Shown in pieces: positions 55,008 to 62,945 of a stretch of 64,000 nucleotides of DNA. A model generated the notes under the pieces. The model was not told where the DNA came from. It made no database searches and saw nothing but the letters and a program-made list of their open reading frames with translations. A program made the position numbers and the translations under genes. Within the stretch, counting starts at the first letter, position 1, and each line of letters starts with the position of its first letter. Where the stretch lies: IMG/VR virus record IMGVR_UViG_3300016469_000321. The stretch is one strand, 5' to 3'. The stretch is from an uncultured virus (IMG/VR IMGVR_UViG_3300016469_000321). Its lineage: Duplodnaviria > Heunggongvirae > Uroviricota > Caudoviricetes.

Positions 55008-56003
55008 CTACGGGGCGCCCGGAGGAGGGGGAGGCAGTGGCACGCCACCACCCTTCTTCGGGTCATCCTTCGGCGCGAGGTCGAAGAGGTTCCTCGCCTT
55101 GCGCTTCTGGAACGTAGCGCGGGCAATACCATCTTGGCAAGCCCAGCGCAGATGAATTTGTTGATGACCGGCGTGGAAGAGCGGGTGCTCCTCCGAGATC
55201 ACCTTGATGGAACCGTGGACATCGCCCGTCTCCACGATGCGCTCGGCCAGCGCATCCGCGACGTCGTCCTGCCACTCCAGCCCCGGCACCCGGCTGAGCT
55301 GGTAGCCGCCCGCCGACGCGCGCAGGATCTCGCGCAGGTTGCCGGGCGTCTTCGCCCAGCACACGCCGGTGCGGTCGCCCGTCACCCAGTCTGGCGACGT
55401 GGGGTCACAGAAGTAGATGCCGGGGAACCACGGGTCGGGGTAGGTCGCGTCGACCATCGCGCGGACGTTGATGTCGCACCACGACGGCAGCGTCTCGACC
55501 TGGTTCCGCGAAGGCACGTTCGGGCCGCCGGGGCAGAAGAACCCCTCGGCGTTCGTGCCGGGCATGCGCTCGTGGAACGTGAAGGCGAGGTGGACGCCCA
55601 TGTGGCGGGACAGGCCCGACAGCATGAGCAGGTACTTGTTCAGTTGCTGGTAAGCGTAGAACTTGTCCTTCTTGCCGCTCTTGCCCGCCGGCGCCTCCTC
55701 GTGCCAGACCATCATGCTGCGGTCGCAGATGTGGCTGGCGTCGTCGATGATGACCGCGCCGTACTGGCGCGCGAGGCCCGTCTTGTGGGCGTACTCCAGA
55801 AGGCCGATCAGCTCAGGCAGCGTCTGCGGTGGCTCCGGGTGGACGGCGGGCGTGAAGCCCAGTTCGTTCTGCCCGACGAGCGTGATGGCGCTCGGCACGC
55901 CGATGCACAGCGCGGTCGGGAAGGCGGCGAGCACGTCGCTCGTCTTCTTCTTCTTTGGCTTTCCGTAGACCGTCACCATGACGGTCGGGTTGTCGGTGGT
56001 CAT
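55008..56003 (-). CDS. Sak4-like (AAA_24) single-strand annealing ATPase
   Basis: YGKPKKKKT Walker A variant, VIIDD Walker B, 'FTFHE'; context between nuclease and SSB. Confidence 0.7.
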   Translation of the reverse strand: MTTDNPTVMVTVYGKPKKKKTSDVLAAFPTALCIGVPSAITLVGQNELGFTPAVHPEPPQTLPELIGLLEYAHKTGLARQYGAVIIDDASHICDRSMMVWHEEAPAGKSGKKDKFYAYQQLNKYLLMLSGLSRHMGVHLAFTFHERMPGTNAEGFFCPGGPNVPSRNQVETLPSWCDINVRAMVDATYPDPWFPGIYFCDPTSPDWVTGDRTGVCWAKTPGNLREILRASAGGYQLSRVPGLEWQDDVADALAERIVETGDVHGSIKVISEEHPLFHAGHQQIHLRWACQDGIARATFQKRKARNLFDLAPKDDPKKGGGVPLPPPPPGAP

Positions 56004-56065
56004 GTGGCACACTCCGGCCCGGTGGTCGAGCCTCGTCGCAGGGCCAAAGACGACGAGGCACTCCT

Positions 56066-57049
56066 TCAGCCGCGAGGACCGAGGGAGCAGAGGTCAAGCC
56101 CGGCACAGGCTCCATAGCGCCCATAGCACGACAGTTCGTTCTGCGCCTTCGGCCATTCCCACGGATCGGTGGTGAGGTCGAGGTGGGCGATCTGATGCTC
56201 GGCCCACCAGAGCCACTTCGCAAAGTGGGCGTCCCGGTGCGGCGTCTGCGGCACCTGGGCGCGGGCCACGCGACCCGGCTGTGTGCTGCTGATGAGGTTC
56301 AGCGTCAGCCCGCCGAAGCGGTCGCCGTACAACTGGCGACCCATGATGCGGAACGCCGCGAAGCCGCCGTCGATTGCATAGGCCGCAGCACTGCTCTCCG
56401 CATTGATAGATGCTTGGTGCTTGTGGTCCCATATGTAGTAGCGTCCCGACGCATCGCGGGTTACGAGGTCTATACGGCGCGTGAGCGTTATCGGACGCCC
56501 ATGTTCTCGGTGGTCGGGCATGTGAAGCGGCGTCACCTCGATGTCGGCACCGTCGAGGCTGCGCCACGCGCCGTCCCTTTCCTCCCCTACCCATAGGCCC
56601 CACTCCCCGCGCAGGTTGCCCAGCACGGCGACGACGGGCGCCTCCACGGCGATCACGTCACCGGGCGACTCGGGGAACTTCGCCAGGTAGGCGTGGAACA
56701 CCTTGAGCATCTGCGGCAGCAGTTCGTGGCTGCCGTACTTGTCGCACCATGCGCGGGCCGCGTCCTCCGGCTCCATGAACATGGACGGATCGTGGTGCAT
56801 CGTCTCGTCGACCATGACGCCCTGCGGCTGGGCTGCGCCCCAGATGGCGTGCAGATGGGCCTGGAGCGTATGGCCGATGGATCCCTTCGCCAGCGCCTCG
56901 ATGGGCGGGGCGATGTCGGGCGTGCGGCCCTGCCCGTCGGCCATGCGGGAGGCGCGGTTCAGGTACGCGAAGAGCTGGGGACACTTTGCGAAGTTGCCGA
57001 TGCGGCTCCAGCCGCGGCCGGACTTGCCGGCGTCGATGAGCATCTTCAC
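56066..57049 (-). CDS. Cas4/AddB-like PD-(D/E)XK exonuclease
   Basis: N-terminal CP, GSIGH, VE, RIDLV..IWDHK, three C-terminal Cys. Confidence 0.8.
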   Translation of the reverse strand: MKMLIDAGKSGRGWSRIGNFAKCPQLFAYLNRASRMADGQGRTPDIAPPIEALAKGSIGHTLQAHLHAIWGAAQPQGVMVDETMHHDPSMFMEPEDAARAWCDKYGSHELLPQMLKVFHAYLAKFPESPGDVIAVEAPVVAVLGNLRGEWGLWVGEERDGAWRSLDGADIEVTPLHMPDHREHGRPITLTRRIDLVTRDASGRYYIWDHKHQASINAESSAAAYAIDGGFAAFRIMGRQLYGDRFGGLTLNLISSTQPGRVARAQVPQTPHRDAHFAKWLWWAEHQIAHLDLTTDPWEWPKAQNELSCYGRYGACAGLDLCSLGPRG

Positions 57050-58971
57050 GCTTCCTCCTCGTCGAGCACCATGAGCTTCGACGCAACGTCATCCATGAGG
57101 GCCTCGCGGTCCTCCATGCCGAGCAGCTTCTCGCCCATGCCGGACAACTCGTCGGCGGCGAGGAACTGTTCGATGGGACCGAACTTGTCCGTGAGGATCT
57201 CGACCACACGCTCGTCGTAGGTCGAGGCGGCGACGACGACCTTCAGCAGCGTGGCCCGCCCGCCATGTCGGTCGAACCGACCACGCCACTGAAGGAAGTC
57301 ACCGGGCTTCCAGGGGAGCATGGCGAAGATCGCAAGATCGGCCGTCTGCATGCCATCGACCGCGATCCCGAACGCCTGGCCCGTGCCGACGAGGCAACAC
57401 GGGCCAGGACTGTTTCGGAACCCGTCGATCATGTCGTTGCGCTCGGACTCGCTTACGCCGCCGTGCCCAACCCAGACCGTCGCGTTCTTCACCTCGTCGC
57501 TGGAACTGGCGGCCTTTCGGATCGCCTCTCCCCAACGCTCGGCTTCCCGGCGGCGCGCAGTGAACACGATGACCTTGCCGCCACCCTTCAGTCCTTCAAG
57601 GACCTCCGCCACGACATAGCCACGTTTACGACTGCTCGCCTCCGCGAGACGCGCCTCGATGAGACGTTCTCGCGCCGGCACATCTTCATATTCACCTCGC
57701 GCCTGTCGCGCAAGTTCTTTGATCGCTTGATCGAAGGTTTTTGCGTCGTCGTATCGCTCGGCCTTGTCCTGCGCCGACACCGGCAGGTAGACGACCTGGA
57801 TGCGCGTCGGGGGCAGGCTGGCGTGGCTCTCGGTGTACGGCACCTCGTGCGTGAAGAACGAGCAGCGCGCCCGCAGTTCGTCGAGGTTGCTGCTGCCCTT
57901 GTCGTCCAGCCCGCCGTAGGGGTTCGCCACCGCGTCGCAGTAGCGGGTCGCGAAGCTGCGGTAGCTGTGCGCAAAGCCGCCGGGCGTGAGGAGGTCGAGC
58001 TGCGCCCACAGCCGTCGGGGACGCCCGTCGTCGAGCGGCGTGGCGGAGAGGCCGACGCGCAGTTGCAGGGTCGGCAGGCGGCTGATGTCCATGATGGCGA
58101 CGGCCCACGCATCCTTGTCGCCGCCGGCAGTCTGCCGCCGGTGGAAGTCCACGGACCCGTCCGACTTGTTGACCGCCTTCCACCGCTTCGCTTGCCCGTG
58201 GATGTGCAGTTCGTCCAGGATCAGCACCGCCGGTTGGAGGCGCGTCACGAAGTCGAGGTTGTCGTTCAGCGACTCGGCACCCACGATCACAAAGCGGCGC
58301 TGTCCCGTCTTGGCGCAGTGGTCGACGTACTGCGGCCACGTCATGTCGCCCTTGCGGCGCTCGCTCTCCGGCAGGAGACGCCACGGCAGGATGTTCGTGT
58401 ACTGCTGGACCTGCGTCCACCAGACGTGCCGCGCCTTGGCCGGGCAGATGACGAGGACGGTGCCTTGCCGGGTCAAGGTGTCGATCAGCGCGCCTACGGT
58501 CTTGCCGCTGCCGCACGGCCAGATGTTCATCACCCACGGGCGAGCGGCGGCCCACGCCGCGCTGCGCTTCTGATACGGCGTCGCCATCCGAACGACGTGC
58601 GGCTTCAGTTCGCCGGACGACGCCTCGCGCACGAGGATCTGCTCGCCGACCTCTTGCAGCGCATCGAGGCTGGCCGGGTCCGTCGGCCACGGGGCGATGC
58701 CCTGCGCCTTGCGGGACTCGACGCTCCACTGCCCGCCGAGGCCCCAGCCGGCGAGGAAGTGTTCCACGATGAAGGCTGCGTGGACGGGCGAGTAGACGTC
58801 GATGTGCGACGGAGGTCCGTCGTCGGGCCACTCGTTCTTCGTGAGCCGGTACTTGCGGCGGCCACGGATGGCCCACACCAAGACGCCGGGGATGTTCTGC
58901 TCCAGCGCGATGGCGTGCTGGGCGAGTTGCGGGTCGTGCAGTCGGTACATGTAGTGGGGCTGGTCCCACAT
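57046..58971 (-). CDS. SF2 (SNF2-like) DNA helicase
   Basis: GSGKT, LILDELH, LSATP, KVIVF and QWRGRFDR motifs. Confidence 0.88.
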   Translation of the reverse strand: MWDQPHYMYRLHDPQLAQHAIALEQNIPGVLVWAIRGRRKYRLTKNEWPDDGPPSHIDVYSPVHAAFIVEHFLAGWGLGGQWSVESRKAQGIAPWPTDPASLDALQEVGEQILVREASSGELKPHVVRMATPYQKRSAAWAAARPWVMNIWPCGSGKTVGALIDTLTRQGTVLVICPAKARHVWWTQVQQYTNILPWRLLPESERRKGDMTWPQYVDHCAKTGQRRFVIVGAESLNDNLDFVTRLQPAVLILDELHIHGQAKRWKAVNKSDGSVDFHRRQTAGGDKDAWAVAIMDISRLPTLQLRVGLSATPLDDGRPRRLWAQLDLLTPGGFAHSYRSFATRYCDAVANPYGGLDDKGSSNLDELRARCSFFTHEVPYTESHASLPPTRIQVVYLPVSAQDKAERYDDAKTFDQAIKELARQARGEYEDVPARERLIEARLAEASSRKRGYVVAEVLEGLKGGGKVIVFTARRREAERWGEAIRKAASSSDEVKNATVWVGHGGVSESERNDMIDGFRNSPGPCCLVGTGQAFGIAVDGMQTADLAIFAMLPWKPGDFLQWRGRFDRHGGRATLLKVVVAASTYDERVVEILTDKFGPIEQFLAADELSGMGEKLLGMEDREALMDDVASKLMVLDEEEA

Positions 58972-58994
58972 GGCGGTTCTCCTGAGGCCCGACC

Positions 58995-59058
58995 ACCGTA
59001 GCGGGTCTATGCCACGGCGTCAAGGGTTCTTGACGCAGCGGTAGAGAAGTGGTACATG
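58995..59058. promoter_or_regulatory. Back-to-back promoters with palindromic -35 boxes
   Basis: GCGTCAAG-GGTT-CTTGACGC; TTGACG-N17-TACGGT leftward and TTGACG-N17-TACATG rightward. Confidence 0.6.
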
Positions 59059-59092
59059 GTCGACGTGGGCCGCGATGGCCCCGGAGGAACAC

Positions 59093-59401
59093 ATGAACGA
59101 GAGTCCCATCAGCGTCATCGACCCGGCCACCGATCCCTTCATCCTGCTCGTCGAGCGACATCGCAAGGCACGGCACTGGTCGTTCGCCGAGCTGGCCCGT
59201 CGCGGCGGCCTCACGCAGCCGGAGGTGTCGCGCGTCGTCCACGGCATCCGCATGCCCACGCTGCGCCACGTCCGCGGCCTCGCCGAGGCGTTCGCCAGCG
59301 CGCCGTCCAGCCTCACCGAGCCGGCCTCGCCCGCCGAGTGGGTCGCCCTGCTCGTCGACTTGGCCGAGAACGCGCGTCTCGGCGTGCGAACGAAGGAGTA
59401 G
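59093..59401 (+). CDS. XRE-family HTH regulator
   Basis: GGAGG RBS; 'WSFAELARRGGLTQPEVSRVVHGIRMPTL..LAEAF'. Confidence 0.85.
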   Translation: MNESPISVIDPATDPFILLVERHRKARHWSFAELARRGGLTQPEVSRVVHGIRMPTLRHVRGLAEAFASAPSSLTEPASPAEWVALLVDLAENARLGVRTKE

Positions 59402-59403
59402 CG

Positions 59404-59880
59404 ATGTCATTTCACGCGAACATGACTGACTTGTCCGGGCGGCGCGTAGGCCGACTGATTATTGACGGTCCCGTGGGTCGGTCAGCAGACGGGCATGTCT
59501 TATGGCGCTGCCTCTGCGAGTGCGGCAAGACGAAGAACATCGCCTCAAACAGTCTCACGCGATCCGCGCCTGTTCAGTCATGCGGCTGCATGAACGCGAC
59601 CACCGCACAGCGCAGGCGAAACCCGAACGGCGCGTGGAACGAAGGCAAGAGTTACGTCATTTCAAGCGGCGAGCACTGCTACAAGACCCGTCACGGGTGG
59701 GCGAAAGCTGCGATCCGACACTACGGAAACCGCTGCGAACGATGCGGCTGGGACAAGGCACGTTGCGATGTTCACCATCGCCATCCAAAGTCGCTGGGAG
59801 GGGCGCACACGCTGAAAAACGCCATCGTTCTGTGTCCAAACTGTCATCGAGTAGAGCACGAGGCCCGTCATGTCGCTTAA
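59404..59880 (+). CDS. HNH endonuclease (homing-type)
   Basis: N-terminal 'DLSGRRVGRL..WRCLCECG..SCGC' plus 'CERCG..VHH..N.IVLCPNCH'; more AT-rich codons than its neighbours. Confidence 0.85.
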   Translation: MSFHANMTDLSGRRVGRLIIDGPVGRSADGHVLWRCLCECGKTKNIASNSLTRSAPVQSCGCMNATTAQRRRNPNGAWNEGKSYVISSGEHCYKTRHGWAKAAIRHYGNRCERCGWDKARCDVHHRHPKSLGGAHTLKNAIVLCPNCHRVEHEARHVA

Positions 59881-61486
59881 GTTCATCTCCATCTGTTCGG
59901 GCATCGAAGCCGCCTCAATGGCGTGGGAGCCTCTGGGATGGACGCCGCTGGCGTTCTCTGAGATTGAGCCGTTTCCCTGCGCCGTGTTGAAGCATCACTA
60001 CCCGCATGTCCCGAACTTTGGAGACATGACGAAGTTCGATGAGTGGCCGGAGGACGTACTCGCTGAGTGCGACGTGCTGGTGGGGGGCTGTCCATGTCAG
60101 GCGTTCTCAGTAGCCGGACTGCGCCAGTCGCTGGCCGACGCGCGCGGCAACCTTACGCTCGTCTTCGTCAAGTTGATCAACCACATCGACGCCATTCGGA
60201 GCAAGCATGGAAGACCACCCATCATCATCGTCTACGAGAATGTTCCAGGCATCCTCAGCACCGGCGACAACGCCTTCGGCAACTTCCTTGGGGCGCTGTC
60301 CGGAGAAGACGGGCCACTCGAACCTCCAGGGGGCAAGTGGACAAACGCTGGTCTGGTGTGCGGACCCACGCGCGACCTCGCGTGGCGCATCCTTGACGCT
60401 CAATATTTCGGAGTGGCCCAACGACGCCGTCGTGTGTTCCTTGTCGGACATTCTCGTGCCGGCAGCCTCCGTCCCGTCAAGGTTCTTCTTGTCGAGCAAG
60501 GCGTGCAGCGGCATTCTCCGCCGAGCCGAGAAGCGGGGCAAAGAGCTGCCGCCGTTGCTGCTCGCGGCGCTGAGGGCGGTGGCGGGGGACTCGGAGCCGG
60601 ACACGACGGAGGACGAGGAGGAGTAGCCTACGGGTTCAACTTTGAACAGTTCTCCGGAACAGAGGGTCCGATCAGTCCGTGCCTCACGAAGACAGAGCAC
60701 AAGGGCAAGACGCTCGTCTATGACGGGCCGCATGTCGTCGCCCCTCCACGCGCCACGTTCTGGAACGGCTCAGACCTCGCCGAGACGCTCACAGCAACTA
60801 GCGACGATCAGCGCATGCCCGACAAGGGACGCATGCAGATGGTCGTGCAGCCTATGGATAGCGCCCACAACGGAGGCGGGCTGAACGGACAGGACGCCTA
60901 TACGGGGCGCGTTCTGCCGGTCGTTCAATGCGTGACCGGCGAGCGAACGCATGCGCTCAAGGCTGAAGGAGCAGATGGTTCCGAGGACGGCACAGGCCGC
61001 GGGACGCCTATCGTCACATCCATAGGCTTCTACCCGACGGAAGGACGAGACTTCCCAGCGTTCAATGAGCTATCGCCTACCGTGAAGGTCGGTTCTGGCG
61101 GCACATCAGGGAACCCCCCTGGTGTGATGTCAGCGATGGCCGTCCGCCGCCTCACGCCCGTCGAGCATGCACCGGGTGAAACGACGTACATGATCACCGA
61201 CTATCGGACCAACACGTTCTCTGAAACCAATCTCAGCGGCCCGCTGACAACATCTCGCACAATGTTTCGGTCAGCCCCGCTCGCGGCTGAGATGGCCGTC
61301 CGCCGCCTCACGCCCATCGAGTGCGAGCGCCTCCAAGGCTTCCCCGACGACTACACGCGCATCCCTTGGAAGGGCAAGCCCGCGAGCGAGTGTCCTGACG
61401 GTCCGCGCTACAAGGCGCTCGGCAACTCAATGGCGGTTCCCTGCATGTACTGGATCGGATGGCAGATCCGAAAGGCGATGACATGA
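59870..61486 (+). CDS. DNA cytosine-5 methyltransferase with long variable region
   Basis: SGIE, GCPCQAFS, ENVPG, QRRRRVF, RRLTPIECERLQGFPD and GNS motifs. Confidence 0.93.
   Translation: MSLKFISICSGIEAASMAWEPLGWTPLAFSEIEPFPCAVLKHHYPHVPNFGDMTKFDEWPEDVLAECDVLVGGCPCQAFSVAGLRQSLADARGNLTLVFVKLINHIDAIRSKHGRPPIIIVYENVPGILSTGDNAFGNFLGALSGEDGPLEPPGGKWTNAGLVCGPTRDLAWRILDAQYFGVAQRRRRVFLVGHSRAGSLRPVKVLLVEQGVQRHSPPSREAGQRAAAVAARGAEGGGGGLGAGHDGGRGGVAYGFNFEQFSGTEGPISPCLTKTEHKGKTLVYDGPHVVAPPRATFWNGSDLAETLTATSDDQRMPDKGRMQMVVQPMDSAHNGGGLNGQDAYTGRVLPVVQCVTGERTHALKAEGADGSEDGTGRGTPIVTSIGFYPTEGRDFPAFNELSPTVKVGSGGTSGNPPGVMSAMAVRRLTPVEHAPGETTYMITDYRTNTFSETNLSGPLTTSRTMFRSAPLAAEMAVRRLTPIECERLQGFPDDYTRIPWKGKPASECPDGPRYKALGNSMAVPCMYWIGWQIRKAMT
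60207..60626 (+). CDS. Nested +1-frame ORF, M.EcoHK31I beta-subunit-like
   Basis: 'LTLNISEWPNDAVVCSLSDIL..RFFLSSKACSGILRRAEKRGKELP' lies inside the MTase gene. Confidence 0.6.
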   Translation: MEDHPSSSSTRMFQASSAPATTPSATSLGRCPEKTGHSNLQGASGQTLVWCADPRATSRGASLTLNISEWPNDAVVCSLSDILVPAASVPSRFFLSSKACSGILRRAEKRGKELPPLLLAALRAVAGDSEPDTTEDEEE

Positions 61487-62163
61487 TCCCCGAAGAGACA
61501 CTCGACCAGGCGATGCGCCTCCGATCCACGGGCCTCCTGTGGCGCGAGGTGGCTGAGCAGCTCGGCCTCGTGACCAACACGCTGCACAAGCATCTCGTCC
61601 GTACTCGACGCATCGTGCCACCCCCAAGCAAGCGCAAGTTGGCAACGTGGCCGATCTGTGTTATTCGGGACGCGCACCGGCGCTGCGTGCAAGGAGAACG
61701 CATCGAGGACGTCGCGGCAACGCTCGGCATCTCGGTGGTCGCCCTGCGCTCGCAGTTCGTGAAGAAGGGGTATCCGCCTCTCCGGCCTCCGCCTGAACGA
61801 TGGACCGCCAAGGAGGTCCGCCAGGCATACGAGCGGTACGTGAACGGCGAGGACCGCCACGCCATCGCCGCGAGCTTCGGCACGTCGTGGGTGCTGCTCT
61901 ACGGTGCGATGCGCCGCCGCGGCTACTACACCCGCGAGATCGGCAACGCGCGCCGCCGGCACGACAACCTCGGCCGGCAGGTCTGGCGCATGCGGATGGA
62001 GGGCATCTCCATCAAGGAGATCGCCGAGCGGCTCGGTGCGTGGGAGCACACGAGCAACCCGGCGCAGCGTGTCTCGCAGTGCCTCTACACGTACTGCAAG
62101 CGCAACCGCATCGTGAAGCCACCCCGCAAGGTCACTTCGCCGGCAAAGCCGCCAGTGCCTTGA
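61483..62163 (+). CDS. Multi-HTH DNA-binding protein
   Basis: Four HTH-like repeats (WREVAEQLG, IEDVAATLG, RHAIAASFG, IKEIAERLG); ATGA overlap. Confidence 0.7.
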   Translation: MIPEETLDQAMRLRSTGLLWREVAEQLGLVTNTLHKHLVRTRRIVPPPSKRKLATWPICVIRDAHRRCVQGERIEDVAATLGISVVALRSQFVKKGYPPLRPPPERWTAKEVRQAYERYVNGEDRHAIAASFGTSWVLLYGAMRRRGYYTREIGNARRRHDNLGRQVWRMRMEGISIKEIAERLGAWEHTSNPAQRVSQCLYTYCKRNRIVKPPRKVTSPAKPPVP

Positions 62164-62935
62164 AGCAGGACTCGTCCTTGGCCGCGATCTTGTTCTTCGC
62201 GTCGGCGTCGGAGCACTTCAGCGCCGACGCGAGCGAGGAGATGGTCTTCGGTCCGACGATGCCGTCGACCGGCCCGATGGCGAACCCGGCGCGCAGGAGC
62301 AGCGCCTGGATGACCGCCTCGAAGGAGGAGAGGTCGCCGTGGCCCACGAGGATCGCTCCGGTGCGGGCCGCCTGCTCGTAGCCCATGCGCTCCTTCAGCG
62401 GAGCGAGCTCACCCCAGAAGTCGAAGTGCCACGCCTCCGACGCGCCCTCGTCGGCGTTCTTGATGATGGGCTCCCAGCCGAGGGGCTTGGCGATCTCCCA
62501 CAGCTTGTCGAGCTGCTTGTCCGCCGGCACGCCGGGGAACTTCAGCATGCCGAGGTGGACGTCGATGGACCGGCCGGCGTTGTGGCCGCTGCGACCAGGT
62601 GCCGCCACGAAGGCCGCCTTCATGGTCTTGGCGTCCCACTTCACGGAGCCGGGAGCGGGCTTGCCCGCGTTGACCCAGTTGTCGTACTTCTGCCGGGCCG
62701 CCTTCTGCACGGCCACGTCGCGGTGACACTCGGTCACGCGGAAGTCGCCACCCGCCTTGAACACGGCGTCGGAGAGCTGCTTGAGCGCGAAGGCCATCTC
62801 AGGCACGGCTACGCCCGCCTTCCCCAACTTGCACAGCGAGGTCAGGTCGACGCGGGGGCCACCCGTCTTTCCTGCCTTGTCGTAACTCGACGCGATGGTG
62901 GCGTCCACAGGAACAAGGGAGATTGCAGCAGTCAT
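62132..62935 (-). CDS. Endolysin: M15-family peptidase plus peptidoglycan-binding domain
   Basis: 'APGRSGHNAGRSID..EAWH' zinc motif; 'IQALL..GPVDGIVGPKT'. Confidence 0.85.
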   Translation of the reverse strand: MTAAISLVPVDATIASSYDKAGKTGGPRVDLTSLCKLGKAGVAVPEMAFALKQLSDAVFKAGGDFRVTECHRDVAVQKAARQKYDNWVNAGKPAPGSVKWDAKTMKAAFVAAPGRSGHNAGRSIDVHLGMLKFPGVPADKQLDKLWEIAKPLGWEPIIKNADEGASEAWHFDFWGELAPLKERMGYEQAARTGAILVGHGDLSSFEAVIQALLLRAGFAIGPVDGIVGPKTISSLASALKCSDADAKNKIAAKDESCFKALAALPAK

Positions 62936-62945
62936 ATTGAACTCC

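Noticed and set aside
56066..57049. Cas4-like gene as evidence of a CRISPR-Cas system
   Set aside because: No other cas genes or repeat-spacer array; context is a nuclease-Sak4-SSB recombination module.
59093..59401. XRE regulator as proof of an integrated prophage
   Set aside because: No integrase, att site, partition genes or flanking host genes seen in the window.
59404..59880. HNH plus MTase as a restriction-modification system
   Set aside because: The HNH has the N-terminal DNA-binding architecture of free-standing phage homing endonucleases, and orphan MTases are common in phages; not strictly excluded.
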